From Eledone cirrhosa (lineage: Eukaryota): a stretch of DNA of 64,000 nucleotides. How positions within the stretch are numbered: position 1 is the first letter of the stretch; every line of letters starts with the position of its first letter. Both the position numbers and the translations under genes were made by a program. The notes under the pieces were generated by a model. That model saw only the letters and a program-made list of their open reading frames with translations, had not been told where the DNA came from and ran no database searches. The stretch is from assembly GCA_964016885.1 (NCBI GenBank), contig OZ024743.1, forward strand, positions 90,830,001-90,894,000. Direction: 5' to 3'. This document shows, in pieces, positions 26,201 through 39,802 of this stretch.

Positions 26201-27237
26201 TAAGAAAAACGTGCTGCGGGGTTGCTAATGGGTTACATATGAATAAAGTTAGTCCTTCATCAGTGATCTTCCAACCATCATTGGTATTTCATCGCTTTAA
26301 AGACCATATACCTCCGGTTGGTGCGAGCAACGGCTAAAAAAAGTCGTTGGGACACGTAAATAAAGGGAACACGAGTGTAAACAAACAAAAATGGTGAAGC
26401 AACGAAAAGTGAGGAAGAAGGAGTCAAGTCCCAAATTTCTATGAATTTAAATTCGGTGAAATCGTGAACGAGAGAGAATAAAGACCATCAAACCTGGTTG
26501 GAATGTAAGCAAGGAAGGAATTCCGTACAGGTCTAACGGGAGAAAGAAGGGATCTAGTCTGTGATTTCGGTGAACGTAAGTTCTGTGAAATCGTAGACGA
26601 GAGAGAGAAAAAAAGCGACCTGCCAGACCAAGAGTGCGAAAGAAAAGAATTACGCACAGGTCAAACGGGAAGAAGGAGGAGGAGGAGAGGTAGTTTCGCA
26701 CCCTTGGTCTGGCAACCGAAGGAAAACAGGAAGACAATACTTTGGTTCGTGAAGACGTTCCCTGGCAATGAACGGATAATAGCGAAAATAATGCCGAACA
26801 CTATGCGGCTAATAATTCGGGTTGCGCCCATGGCCTTTTATCCATTAAAAGGACATGAGGGAAAGAAGTGATAGTGAAGAGAAAGAAGAAAGAAAAAGGG
26901 AAGAAGGAAAAAAGGAAAAAAGGAAGCAAACATATCGATAGAAGGGGGAACACAGGAGAATGGCACATGTATGTAAGTAACCGATGAGAAAATAGATCAA
27001 GTTATACCAAGCCGATGGGTATAAGCCCGGTGGCCGTAATAACCGAGGAGCAAGATTTTTCTGTGGCGATTCTCAGTAAAGTGAATGTAGAGAGAGAGAG
27101 AAAACGGAGAAACCGGAAGTGAGAGGGGTAGAGGACAGAGGGGTGAGTAAGAAGGAAAGAGTGAGAGGGAGGAGAAGGGAAAGGTGGTTAATCCAAAACG
27201 GGTTTACGACGCACGTGCGACCAGGCCGAAAACAAGC

Positions 27238-27416
<179 letters not shown>

Positions 27417-27686
27417 AAGGAGGGAGTCGATCCGAAAGCGTGGTGGGACATAAGTCCGGCCTGACAATAAATCGAGCAAGACAGGTGGAGAGGAGGTCAC
27501 AGCAGTAAATACAAAAATACAGGTAAAGAGGCGAGGCTGTATGGTTACTGAAAACGAAGTGTTAGAAGGTAATCGGGACATAAAGAAGAGAAGAAAAGTT
27601 TCCCTTCGTCAGCTGTTTACTACGGATCTTAGATGTTTTGGCGTTCATATAATTAATTAATTAACCAATAAGCGCTTATATATATA

Positions 27687-28540
27687 CTAGCAGAAGTACC
27701 CGGCGTTGCCCGGGTGTAAGTCGACCTTTGCTCTGTTGTTAAAATGTGTGAAAGTTACTTCCCGCGCATCACGGGTGCAACGTCGTTGTTGGGGTTCACG
27801 CTGTTGTTGGTGTTGTTATTGTCTACACCAAAGGAGGTCATCATGAAACAGGAGTTGTATTTCCACATGTTACGGCAGAACGTTGTAGCCGTAGTGTCGT
27901 CACCTGTAAGTAGATTCAGAAGAGCGTCTGGCGGGTCAGCCAACGCCTCTAGCTGCACCTTACCTCCTGCACAGCACATAGAAGCCGCCTCGCCTGGCCA
28001 CTTCATTGCCTTGCAGGATGTACAGACATTATCCATTTTGCCAATAGAAACTGTAGGCAGAAGTCCGTAATCCTCAGAGGGGTTATATCTGAAGGCTGCT
28101 TTTAACCAGCCTGAGCTCTTGGCAGCAGTAGGTAATGTATGCCGGGAACGCTTAGCAGCAAGCCTGTTGTCTCTATCTGCCCTGAACTCCTCTGCAAGCG
28201 CTTGTTGACGACAAAGGCGAACCCCAGCAAGCCTCGTCTGACGGGATGTTCGTGACTCCTCTGCAAGCGTTTGTTGGTGACGAAGGCGAACGCCAGCAAG
28301 CCGCGTTGTACGGGATGTTGGTGACTCCTCTGCAAGCGCTTGTTGGCGAGGAAGGCGAACACCAGCAAGCCTCGTCGTACGGGATGTTGGTGACTCCTCC
28401 GCAAGCGCTTGTTGGCGACGAAGGCGAACATCAGCAAGTCTTGTCGTACGAGATGTTGGTGACTCAACCAGCCGGGAAAGACGTCTATCAGCGAGTCGAG
28501 ATTCGCGCTCAGCAGGTGTTTCCTAGAGAAAGTTAATTAA
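27687..28540 (-). mobile_element. Internally deleted Helitron: RepHel N-terminal zinc region joined to the 3' terminus
   Basis: AAFRYNP...SIGKMDNVCTSCKAMKWPGEAASMCCAGGKV...YNSCFMMTSFG. A coding 69-bp tandem repeat lies at about 28185-28466, and the 3' hairpin acccgggcaacgccgggt is followed by CTAG|T. Confidence 0.85.
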
Positions 28541-28948
28541 TGCTACTGGCACTGTGCCAATAGTAAATGAGAAAAGTGTAATATGAACAAAAAGGAATCA
28601 AGGTAAGACAATAAATTTAATATAACTACGATTAGAATGTTGTAGTTGCTTAAAAGTGGTGACAGTTAGGATAAACGCAGTGCTTGCTAACATTAAAGGA
28701 GAATATTGCATAAAGGATTAACCAATTGTGAATGAACGCATACCTGAGAACGCCTAATTCGTCGTCTCAAAGCAGTAGCTGTATCTTTTATGGAGGTAAA
28801 TCTTAAACGTTTCCGTGTGGGCATAACGACGTGTAACGAAGCTGTTAGGTTAGATAGGGGTGATTAAGTACAGAGAGACGTGATACCAGATTCGCTAGCA
28901 TGGTTACTGGTGAATGGGAAGGTTTGGAAATATGATTATAATAACTTA

Positions 28949-29204
28949 CAGAATTTTCCGGCCTATAAAGTGCACTTAAAATACCTAAAGTTCATAAAAA
29001 AACAGCTCTGCGCTCTATACTACGGTGAGCCTTATGTATAAATAATAATATGGTAATCAATCACGGCTCTAACAGAAGTAATAGATCTAGACTAAAAGTA
29101 AAGAAGATAGCATTTTCCTGCTTGGCCTTACACGCCGTTGCGCGGACGTGATTTTAAATGATACGCCTTATATCCCGGTGAGCCTTATAGAGCGGAAAAT
29201 ACGG
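28949..29204. mobile_element. Tc1/mariner-pogo-type MITE
   Basis: Imperfect TIRs cagaattttccggcctataa / ttatagagcggaaaatacgg, with TA on both sides. Confidence 0.7.
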
Positions 29205-30668
29205 TATCTATTGAAAAAGAATACGAATTCATGACCAAGGTGTGACAAAATTGGCGTCTATACAGTGCCTGAAACAAACTTGTCCAAAACCCTGGGATCT
29301 TTCTCGTTAAGTATCCACCCAAAAGGAACCGTTTCTTAGTTACAAAAAATAACCAAAATGAATAGTAGCTATATTTCTGACATATCATGCCAAAAAGAAC
29401 AATATATTCAAAAAATGTTCTAAAGTACATTCAATCTCTCTTTTTGACCGATGTCTTAATAAGCAAATTATCGATTTTTTATTAGCTGTCAGTGTTTATC
29501 TGCATGCAGGTGTGTACGTGTGCGCAATCAATTGCACTGCATGCATATGGTCTATGACAACTAATTAAAAAATTAAAGAACAATAGCAATTTGCAAATAC
29601 GCTCATAACATTTAGTCGTAAACAGAACAAAAAATGCCATTAGAGGTGGGCTAATAATGGAAAAGACACAAACCCTGGTGAACTTACGTTTAAAAACTCG
29701 AAAACTTACTCACTTCCTGTGCAAAAGGCTGTGACAGTAGTGTTATGAATTAAGTAATTTTTAGAACCTTTTGTTTAAAAAAGGAAAAAATTGGTACGGA
29801 CGTAACATTTTTTACAACTTTGTATATGTCCAATACAACTTGGTCAAAGTATTATTTAGTAAATTCTTTTCAAAAAGCATGATTATTTAAGACTCTTTGA
29901 AAATTTACTCACCGCTTTTACCTTTTGGCATCACAAAATACACCATTAAATTTGGTTTCCTTTCAGATAGGGATAATACTGTATTTGCACTTGAATAAGG
30001 GGGAATATGAAAAGTTTCACGCTAAGATGTCGACAATCCCCTAGTCTCAATGGATTTTTAACTTTAAGGAAGGCGAAAAATGAATTAAATTTAACTGAAA
30101 TGGCATGCAAGTAGTCTAAATAAAGAAGCACTAACTCACCGATAAGTAAGTGGGCAAATTCTGTAAAGGTCCGTTTAGTGAGACGGCCGGATTTATTGTT
30201 GTTCACAAAAAGCGGATACACACAAAGAGAAAAAGGCGGTTCGCACGTGCGTGCATACCTGTTTGTGTATCTATCGTTGAGAAAACATACTGCTCGTGGT
30301 ATAGACAGACCGTCCAATTAATAACGCGCGTGAGTCACAGTGTGTGCGTGCTTATATGGGCATATGAAATTGATTTTGTTTGCGCCAGGAGTAAACTAAA
30401 ATTGCTTGTGTTCGAATACATACACATTAAATTTCATTGAAATCGAAAGATTTTTGAAAAAAATATGAAAAACATTCTGTCATATATTTTGTTGACTATA
30501 CAATTATTTAAGAATTAAGAATTCTACTCAAAGAACCCTGAATATCTGTTTGTAAAGCCTTCCATTTCCCATAAAGAAAGGCGTAGATTTGCATATTTCC
30601 ACAATATTGCGCCATTGATAATTAAATTATGAATAATTGTCTGCCTTAACTTTTAAAAGTCTTTTAAC

Positions 30669-30735
30669 AGTACGGCTGTTACTTAAATATAAGTATATAT
30701 ACGTACATACATATATGTATACATACGTACAGTAG

Positions 30736-30773
<38 letters not shown>

Positions 30774-31187
30774 CACATATATATATGTACGTATGGATTC
30801 ACCGAACTTTTATTATAATGCTCGGTGTGTTTGTAAACAAACATCCCGAAATAAGCCGTACAGTGTCTAGCAACCATCGTTGCTCATTTGTTCAACACTG
30901 ACAAAGGAAGGTATACGTTGCTGACGATAGCTAATAAGCTTGAAACTAGTACAGCGTTCCTTTGTCAGTGTTAAACAAATGAGCAACGATGGTTGCTAGA
31001 CACTGTACGGCTTAATTCGGGATGTTTGTTTACAAACACACCGAGCATTATAATAAAAGTTCGGTGAATCCATACGTACATATATATATGTGTACATGTA
31101 TATATATATATATATACATACTACTGTACGTATGTATACATATATGTATGTACGTATATATACTTATATTTAAGTAACAGCCGTACT
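30669..31187. repeat. 519-bp fold-back element with arms of about 235 bp
   Basis: 30669-30909 is the near-perfect reverse complement of 30957-31187. A related arm lies at about 62262-62463. Confidence 0.92.
30915..30957 (+). ncRNA. Minimal type I hammerhead forming the loop of the fold-back
   Basis: acgttg-CTGACGA-t-agct aata agct-t-GAAA-ctag-TA-cagcgt. Confidence 0.85.
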
Positions 31188-31560
31188 AAGAGTGAGAAAT
31201 GAAATTTCGTTTCATTTTTTCCGTATATATATACACACATATACATATATACACGTATATACATCTTTGCACATTTTTAGATGGCCATTGACTGTTATGA
31301 GTTCTTCCACCCTTTGTCAGGATTTCTTTTTTGTCCTGCGGGGTTTCCAAAATCACCCTCCTCACCAAGTAAACTTGGTGGGGTTGCTGGTTTAGTCACC
31401 GATGACCCGACCATGCGACAGGTTGTACTGGTTACATGTTACCAGTAGCACTCATGAGTGACCCGACAAATATACATACACACACATACGCGCGCGCGCG
31501 CGCACACATATATGTATATATATTTATATATATATATGTATAAATATATATATATATATA

Positions 31561-31645
<85 letters not shown>

Positions 31646-31929
31646 TTATATATATATATATTCAATACATAAACAGAAAAAGCCTTAAGCGATACTCCGG
31701 CCAACTCCATCTCACTCAACAAACATTAGGATATACTTAAGTATTATCCCAATTTAGTGTTTGGGGTGCTAACTAATCAGTATATATTAGTATTGGTGCT
31801 CTGAAATAGCGATGTATATATGTATATTATATTTGATAATATACTGCATGCTTAATTTAAAACATGAATTTAAAGTACAGTCGACTGACTTTCGTCAAAT
31901 CGGACCGATGAAACAATGCTTACATTAGT

Positions 31930-32078
31930 CTTTCCCATTGCTAATACTATCTATCGGTCGCATCTCCAGGTACAAGGAGCAATGTGAAATAAAGTGTCTT
32001 GTTGAAGGACAATGCATTATCCGGTCGAACTAACAACCTCACGATTGCGAATCCTATTCTCTAACCATTCAGCCACAC
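31930..32078 (-). mobile_element. Decayed CORE-like tRNA SINE
   Basis: The minus strand begins gtggctgaatggttagag. The plus strand has the CORE-like ggagcaatgtgaaataaagtgtcttg. Confidence 0.5.
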
Positions 32079-33142
32079 GGTCTGGGTACAAACAAAAAAA
32101 GAGCTGTCAACACACGCTGTGAAAAGGGGTAGCACTTACGTTATCAATTTACCTTTTTTTTTTATCAACATGTCACCATCATTAAAATGGTGGCTAGTAT
32201 TAAAAAAAAAAAAAAGGAAGTCAAGGAAATGATTATCGATTAAACCGGACTCACTGAACGGCAAGTATTTAATTTCCTTGTCTTTGGAAGGATGAAAAGC
32301 AAAACTGACTGACTTCGACAGGATTTAAACTTGTGAAAATACTGAAAAGTATTTTGTGCAGCACTCTAACGATTCTGCTTCTGTGTAGTTAAAATAATTA
32401 CCACTTAAGTATACCAACGACAAAGATGTGTGGTCTTGCGCACATGCAAGAGATACTTTGTATTAATATTTCACGAATGGAAGCAGTGGATTGGCAGTAT
32501 CGGTAGAGCGTCGGACAACATGCTTTGCGGCATATTGTTACGTCTCTTTACATTCTGAGTTTAAATTCCGCCACTGTCAGCTTTGCCTTTACTGACCTTC
32601 TACCTATTTTTTTTACTGTTTACATTAAAAAAGTTATAATTCACAGTTGTATAAATAACATTACAAATATTCACAAAGTTGGCTTTAAAACCATTGATAA
32701 TTAAATAGATATGAAAAAGAAAGATAGAAGCAAAATTAAGTAAAGAGAAAATGGGGGAGGTGTAAAGAAGAGCAGATGGAGCTGTATGGTAAAGTAGAGG
32801 AAAGGAATATGAATGCCATAAATGAGAGGAAAAAGTGGAGGAAAGGACTCTTGGGCCACAGAAGAAAAGGGGAGCAGAGGGTGATGAGATTAGGGCGCGG
32901 CGGTGTTGACGTTGCACCCCGCGGACAAAATTGCAAAAGCATTTCCGCGGACAATGACCAACGACACCCGCTGCAACAGCGACCCCACATCGCGCGGCTC
33001 CTTCCTCCGACGGGCTGCTGACGTTCCGAGCTTGCGAAGGAGCACGGCAGTACGGGGTTCGATTACGCCTGAGGTGTTGACGGTAACCGGTGCGAAGAGG
33101 AAGCGTTCGGATAATTCCCGGTATTTTACGAATGATACTTAC

Positions 33143-33226
33143 ATAAAGTTAGATGAAATATTTCCATGTTAGCATAATGCAGCGTACACAATAGTGTCGG
33201 ATACCTGGCACGCATTCTTATACACA
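33143..33226 (-). CDS. Gene A exon 3
   Basis: tttattttcag|TG ... T|gtaagt, 84 nt, phase 1-1, open frame (L)CIRMRARYPTLLCTLHYANMEIFHLTL. Confidence 0.75.
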
Positions 33227-33302
33227 CTGAAAATAAATGGAATATTGGAATCAGCTATAGCAATGGCAAAAACAAACAGACAAATCATGACTCTATATAT
33301 TA

Positions 33303-33450
33303 ATATTAGTTTCAGATTTAGGCACTAGGCCAACAATTTTGGAGGAGGGGAAAGTCGATTAAATCGACTCCAGTGTGTTACTGGTACTTTATGTTATCGA
33401 CCCCGTAAGGACGAAAGGTAACGCTAACGTTGGCGGGATTTGAACTCAAT
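33303..33450 (-). mobile_element. tRNA SINE, 5'-truncated (family of 1678-2098)
   Basis: Sequence similarity to the other copies. Confidence 0.75.
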
Positions 33451-33741
33451 ATACTTAACTATTGAATAATAGTTAAGACTCTTTTCTTACTATATCAAGC
33501 GTTAAACTAATATATTTTCATTGTACTGTATTATTTGCTTTGTTATTTTTCGTTTATTTTTAACACACACACAAACATAGGGTCATACAAGGGCTGGCCG
33601 TCGAAGAAACAACACTACGCGTTCGGCCGTCCCCTTATACCAAGAAAAGAAAATTATTTTTCAAAGACGTTTTAGGATTTCTTTTAATTTAAGTATTTTT
33701 TTTTAGGAACTTTCAATGTTTTCAAGTTTTTATAGGTTTTG

Positions 33742-33799
33742 CCGCCTGAAGAACTCATGCTACCATAACCGATAGTCCTCAGTGAAATATGTATAACGG
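33742..33799 (+). ncRNA. Degenerate hammerhead
   Basis: ccgc-CTGAAGA-act..agt-GAAA-tatgta-TA-acgg. Confidence 0.5.
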
Positions 33800-34099
33800 A
33801 GTTTTAAGTAAACTTGAATTAACTGATTATGGTCTCCGATCTTTTAATAATAATAATAATAATAATAATGATTTCATTTATTGGCCACAAGGGCCGACAT
33901 ATAGGGGACAATACAAAAGACTGGGACAGTGGGGTTTTACAGAAAAATCGAGTAAACAATATGAATAAAAATAACAAAGTAACAATAACAAAGTAATAAT
34001 AAAGTAACAATAAAATTACAAGAAAAAATTCCCCAATAGCGGGGATGACCACCTAGCGTTCGCTCAGGTACCCCACCAGTCCTGAACGACCCGACGCTT

Positions 34100-37000
34100 C
34101 GAGAGCACCCTGGAAGGGCACCCCTGTCCTCTTCAAATTTACCTACCTACAGCCGCATGACCAGAGTAGGCCCACTCACATGGGCCATTCTCGCCACATT
34201 CACCCACCTTTCAGAAAATGTACTAGGGGGGGGGGGGGGGGGGGGGCAGCACTTCTCTCTCCACCCTCACCTTCCTTTCCAAGTGAAACTTGAAAAAGTT
34301 GATGAGGGATTGGCCGAAGAGAAAAGTGTCTGTCTTCAGTCTTTTCAACCTCGTCCACCATACAACCTCTTTCGCTACTGCCACCAGACAGAGGAAAATT
34401 GCCTGCCCTTCCTGGCCAAAAGAAGGCGGCGGGTCGATCTTCACTATGGACTCGGCCGATAGCCGGATCCGTTCTACACGCGACAACAGCTGTTCAACAT
34501 AACTCCACAAGTCAGTAATGCACGGACACTGGACGAGTGCGTGCAGAACGGTTTCGTCGCTCTGCGCGCATCTCGGGCAGGTCGGTCTGACAGCACTACC
34601 GTGCCTATAGAGTTTATCTCGAACCGGCAGTGCACCCCCCCCCCCCCCCACCTCGGTAGCACTGCCAAGCGAGGGATTTTTCGAAATTATCCATCGTCCC
34701 CGGCTCGAAAGTCCTCCGGTACAGACTGGTTAGTTCGACTTCGTTGACTCCCAGAACCTCTCCGAGTGCGTCGTCGCATTTGCACACCACTAATCCTCTA
34801 TAGAACTCGAGAGTGGAAGTTACACTGACCGCATTGCCCGCCTGGTAGAGGGCAGTGAGTGCCTGGCAACATTGCAGATGCCAGTCACCCAGTTTCGGTC
34901 TCTTCTTGACCCAGAACTGCAGCTCAGTCAAAGAAACGAGCTACGGAAAAGCCCGTCTGACAAACGACGATCACATCTGTTCATTGTTTAGGCAGAATAT
35001 CTGGAGATGCCGCAGCCTCAGCGCGTGCCTGCGCATCATTAGCCACGGCATGCCCAGCCCCCCACGTAGAGAGTGCTGGAAGCAGATGGACCGCCTCACC
35101 CGCGGAACCTGACCCCTCCACAAGAATTTGAAGAGGATCCGCTCCAAGATGACAAGGCGCGAACGGGGGCAAGGGACGACGGTCAGACGGTAGTAGATGA
35201 CTGACGCGATGTACGCGTTCGCCACCTCCGCCCGACGTCTCAGTGATAGCTTCATCCCAGTTTATTTCTGGGTGAGACTGGCTACCCTGCCGTCACCTCG
35301 TCCCAATTCTTATCCACCTGGAGGTCTGGCCCGAACCAAACCCCTAGCCACTTTACCGGTCCGTCCGTCCAGCACCTAACGACGCTGTGGGACGGCATGG
35401 ACTTGACTATCCAGGTGCCGAGTTGCAAGCCCACCGACTTTTCCGAGTTAAGTTTTGCTCCCGTCAACCTTTCATATTCCTCCAATAAGTTGCCGACCAC
35501 CTCGATATCTGAGGTGTCCGACACCATCACGTTGATGTCGTCCGCATCAGCCGACACAGCCTTTCCGCGTCCCGGTTCGAGCGGGATGCCCTGCAACAGC
35601 TCCAGTTTCCGCAGTAAAGGCTCGAGAGTCAATATGTACAGAAGGAAAGAGAGAGGGCACCCTTGACGGACCGACCGGGAGACCTGAAACGGTTCCGAGA
35701 GGTAGCCATTAATTTTGACCATCGAGCAGGTGTCGCTGTGCATTGCAGCGATCCAGCTTCTGAAGACGGGGCCGAAGCCAGCCGCCTTGAGGTCAGCCTC
35801 CAGGTACCGATGGTCAACCCTATCGAATGCTTTCGATTGATCTAAATTGATCAGAGCCCCACCGAAGCCAGGTTTACACCCTACCCTCTCTATGATGTAT
35901 CGCATTAGGTGGATGTTGTTGTGTATGGACCTGGTTGGGATTGCGCAAGTTTGCGCCTCCCCAACCAAATCCCCGACGACAAGCGCCAACCTCTTCGCTA
36001 ACACTCTGGCCAAAATCTTAAACTCTGTGTTGAGCAGAGTTATGGACCTGAAATTGTCTAATGTGTCCCTCTTGTTCTCGTCTTTCCTTATCAGCGTCAC
36101 TACGCCCCGGCTCACAGAACTGGGAATACTCTCGTTTTGCTGCCAGTTGCAGTAGAGAGCTTCGAGGAGATTGGAGAACAAGTCTGGCATATTTACGTAA
36201 AGCTCGTAGGGCAGACCATCCAAACCGGGTGACTTGCGCCTCATGCAGCCGACAAGGGCATCCTGAATCTCGGCTGAAGTAATTGGCCTTTCGCAGCGCC
36301 CAGCGTCAGCCGTCGAGAGTTGCGGCAAGCCATCGAGGTAGGGACTGAAGTCCGCCACCATCTCTGACCCGCCACTTCCCCCGAACAACCGAGCAAAATG
36401 TTGGCGAAAGGCCTCACACATCCTCTTGGAATCGCTCAGCTCGTGCCCGTTTCGGTCCGTCAAAGACCGAATCGTGGTTTTATTACCACGCCGCACCTCT
36501 GCCACGCGGGCCCATCGAACAGCTTTGGTTCCCTCGTTTCTCAGAGCACGCACCTTAGCTTTGACAATGCAACCTTCGTGTTTCGCATTGAAGAAATGGT
36601 CAAATGCCATTCTCGCCGCTAGCACGTCAGTTGCAATGCCACTACCAATAGCCTCATCTAACTTATCTACCAACTACCCCTACTTTCTATTTTTCTCTAA
36701 CGCTACTTCTTTGCTAAACTCTATCGACATTACTCTAATCTCTCTTTTGAGAGCCCCCCCCCCCACATCTATTGTTGACGACTCCCCCTGTCAACTTTTT
36801 CTTAACTAAATTGTTGACCTGGTCCCTGTAAGCCTTACGTGCCGGAAATGACATGTTTAGCTTCCAGTAACCAGGTCCTAACCTACGCGTCTTATCTAGG
36901 TCGACCATACAGATCACAAACTTGTGATCTGAATAGGCGACCGTTTCAAAACGTGGACAGCTTACACTATTTCTGTCTATTATCCTAATGAATATCCTGT

Positions 37001-37604
37001 CTATATACGATCTAGATGACCCTATGCGATTAGCCCAGGTCCACACTGGCGCATTAGGGAAATCTAGTCGGTACCTGTCAGACAGTTGGAACTGGCTGAT
37101 CAGGTTCTTGAGGCTTTTGCACCCCCCACTCCTATCAGATACTCCCACACAGTCCCTGCGTGCGTCTAAGATGCCGTTCCAGTCCCCCGCTAACAGTAAA
37201 GGGCGAGACGTACCCAGAAAGGCTTCCAGGCGTCTAAAGAAGTCCGGCCGTCCTGCCCCAGTAGGAGCATAGACGGCCACCAGTCTAAAGGCACCACCTT
37301 CGTTATTGTTCACGTCCAGGACCACCAACTTCTCGTCCGGGTCTCGGAAGATCGACCTTACCTCGAGATCCAGGCCTTTCCTAAACAGCACTGCCACCCC
37401 GCCTCCCATTCCCGGCCGGCTAACAGATGCAAAGATCTGATAGTCGTCGAAAATGGGGGCTAGTGCGCGCGTGTCGGAAATCCTGGTCTCGCTGACGGCA
37501 ATTACATCCATTTCTATAGACCTGAGGTCGTTGAGCAGGTGACCCTGCTTCCAGGACGATCCCAGGCCTCGAACATTTAAACATCCTACTCTTAATACGG
37601 CCAT
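34100..37604 (-). pseudogene. Tx1 ORF2 (APE endonuclease, RT, zinc finger), frameshifted
   Basis: LNVRGL, SET, VYAP, GDWN, SDH; SPGLDGLP, DQSKAFDRVDH, VRQGCPLS, DADD; CPRCAQSDETVLHALVQC. Confidence 0.9.
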
Positions 37605-37635
37605 GTTGGCAGGTTTAAAAGAGAGAGAGGAAGGT

Positions 37636-39615
37636 TTACTTACCTTCCGGGCTCTTGTGAAGGTCGGGTTGTTCGACCTCCATAGTTGGTGGGGTTTCTT
37701 TTGGGAACCCCTTTAAAAGTCTTGAAGTGGGTTTTACGTTCGGGGTTCCCACGTCCCGAGGAAAGCTGTCTCGTATTTCTTTGAATATATCGAGCGACAT
37801 TCGCACCAGAACCAAATCTTCCGGCACGCGAAATGTGCTCGATTTTAAAATGTCCCCCTCTTTTTGTATATTTTCACTTCGTGCTACGAGGGCCATCAGT
37901 TCCTTGTTGGCCCTCCTGACGAGCACGAAGTTTTGTATGTTTTGTTGGTGTGATTTTATTTGTTTGCGTGGCTGTGGTGGTGATGGTTTTGGTGGTGTTA
38001 TTTCGGTTGTATCTGTGTTTGTTGTGAGTGCGGTGTCTGTGGTTTCAGATGTTTGTGTGTATATTTGTTCTTGCGTCTGTTTAGGTTGTTTGCGTTTGGG
38101 GGATTCTGGTGATGGTGATGGTGGTGTTGATGTTGGTGTTATTGGAGAGATGTTTGCGTGGGTGGTTTCTCCGATTTTTATTGTGGGTGATTTTGTGCTT
38201 TGTTGAGTTTTCTTTTCTTTTTGTGTTTCCTTTTTTGTATTTTGGGGGATTTTGGTTTTCCCTCATCTTCACTACTGGTAGATGAGGGGTCTGTGTCTGT
38301 AAGTGTGTCTGTATGTATGTTTATGGTTTTATTGGTGTGTGTATTTTTTTTTGGGGGGGGGGATTTGACAGCTTTCCTCGTTTCCCCCCTGGGTGGTCAA
38401 TGTTGGTGGTGGTCTTTCTATTGGTGTTGTTGTTGGTGGTTTTGCCGGTGCTGGTGTTGGTTGTGGTCCTCGCCCTGGATTCGGCAGCAGTGGAGCCTTT
38501 CGACCCCTTGCCTCTTTCAGCAGTTGAGGGCAGAAGGCTCGCAAATGGGTTTTTTCCCCACAAACAAAACACTGCGGCCTTTTGCCTTCGGTCATAATGT
38601 GAATGACCGTTCCATTCTGAAGGCGGATGTGGTCCGGGATTGTTTTCACATTCTCGGGTCTGATCTGGAGAAGGATCTCCAGGTCAACCCCGGACCAGTC
38701 CTCTCTGGCCGTTCTGGTCACTTCTATAGGGACGGTATCCGTCCCCTCCACAATCACACATCCCAGAAGCCACCACATGTCAAGTCCTGGTGGGATTCTG
38801 GGAATGCGGAGACGGGCCGTTCTTTTTCCGATGTGGGAGGGGTACATTATGACCATGCTGGTTTTGCAAGGAGTCATAGCGTGTTTCATAGCGAGGGCTT
38901 CTGACTTGAACAACACCGAAATGGTGCCGTACTGTCTGCCCCTCGCTATGTATTCGGTGTCTTCTCTGATGCACCTCAGCGCGACTTCGACATCTTCTTG
39001 TGGGATTAAAGCTGCCCCTTTGGTTTGTGCTGAGATGCATCTATAATGCACCGTTCTGCGCTCCACTGCCTCAATAGCTTCTACCGGGACAGTTAAGTTG
39101 GCCCAGGTTTGCTCTTGCTTGATGAGCTTCCATGCCTGGGCCAACTTTTCATCTTTGTTTGAGTGGTCCATGTTGAAGCATGGCCTCTTTTTTGCTGCTG
39201 CCGCAGCGAAAGTGTTCTTCTTGTTTTCGTTGGGGGTGTTGTCGTTGTTCTTGTTGGTGTTGTTGTTAGCACTGTCGCTGTTATCATTGTTGTCTTTGTT
39301 GTCACCGTTGTTCTCGGTGCAGTTGGTATTGTTGCTGTTGGTGTTGTCGCTATTTGTTTTCATGTTAGTGGTGTTGATATTGTTGTTGCATTTGTTATTT
39401 TTTCTTTTGTTATCTGTATTTTCATTGTCGCTGTTACTGTCATCTTTTTCAAAATTAGAGTTCTCAGTGTTGTTATCATTGGTGTCTTTGTTTACATTGT
39501 TTGTGGTGGTGTTTGTGTTATCAATTTGTGTTAATTTCGCTGTAGCGCTCCTCTCAACCTCTACGTCGTTGTCGCACGACAGCCGACATATCGCTGAGGG
39601 GCGTGGCTCAGCCAT
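37636..39615 (-). pseudogene. Tx1 ORF1, frameshifted near 38350
   Basis: Asn-rich N-terminus, an RRM-like middle region, CFVCGEKTHLRAFC knuckle and a Thr/Pro-rich tail. Confidence 0.85.
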
Positions 39616-39802
39616 GTTTTTTTTTCTCCGTAAAAAAGTTCAAATATTTGGGCCAAAAGGCCCAAATATTATACTTTCCCCTTCACAGGGCAAAGTCTAA
39701 GGGCTTATATCCCTTACACAACAAGAACTATTTAACAACAAATAATTTTAACAGGCAAATAAAGCGACTTACTGGGAGCGAGAAAAATACGTCCGCTTAG
39801 AC

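Larger units (their letters stand above)
33845..39802 (-). mobile_element. Full-length Tx1-type LINE (about 5.95 kb), decayed
   Basis: ORF1 with zinc knuckle; ORF2 with APE, RT and CCHC. The 3' end is AATAAATGAAATC(ATT)n and the 5' end also abuts (ATT)n. Confidence 0.93.

Noticed and set aside
26240-26300. Isolated CTGANGA motifs (also near 19649, 21092, 27606, 56178)
   Set aside because: I could not find a matching GAAA/TH with pairing stems.
29946-30061. Possible alternative exon 4 of gene A (F-KNPLRLGDCRH...)
   Set aside because: The acceptor is phase-compatible, but the frame stops early and the region may be Helitron-internal. The 3008-3219 exon fits better, though only RNA data can exclude this one.
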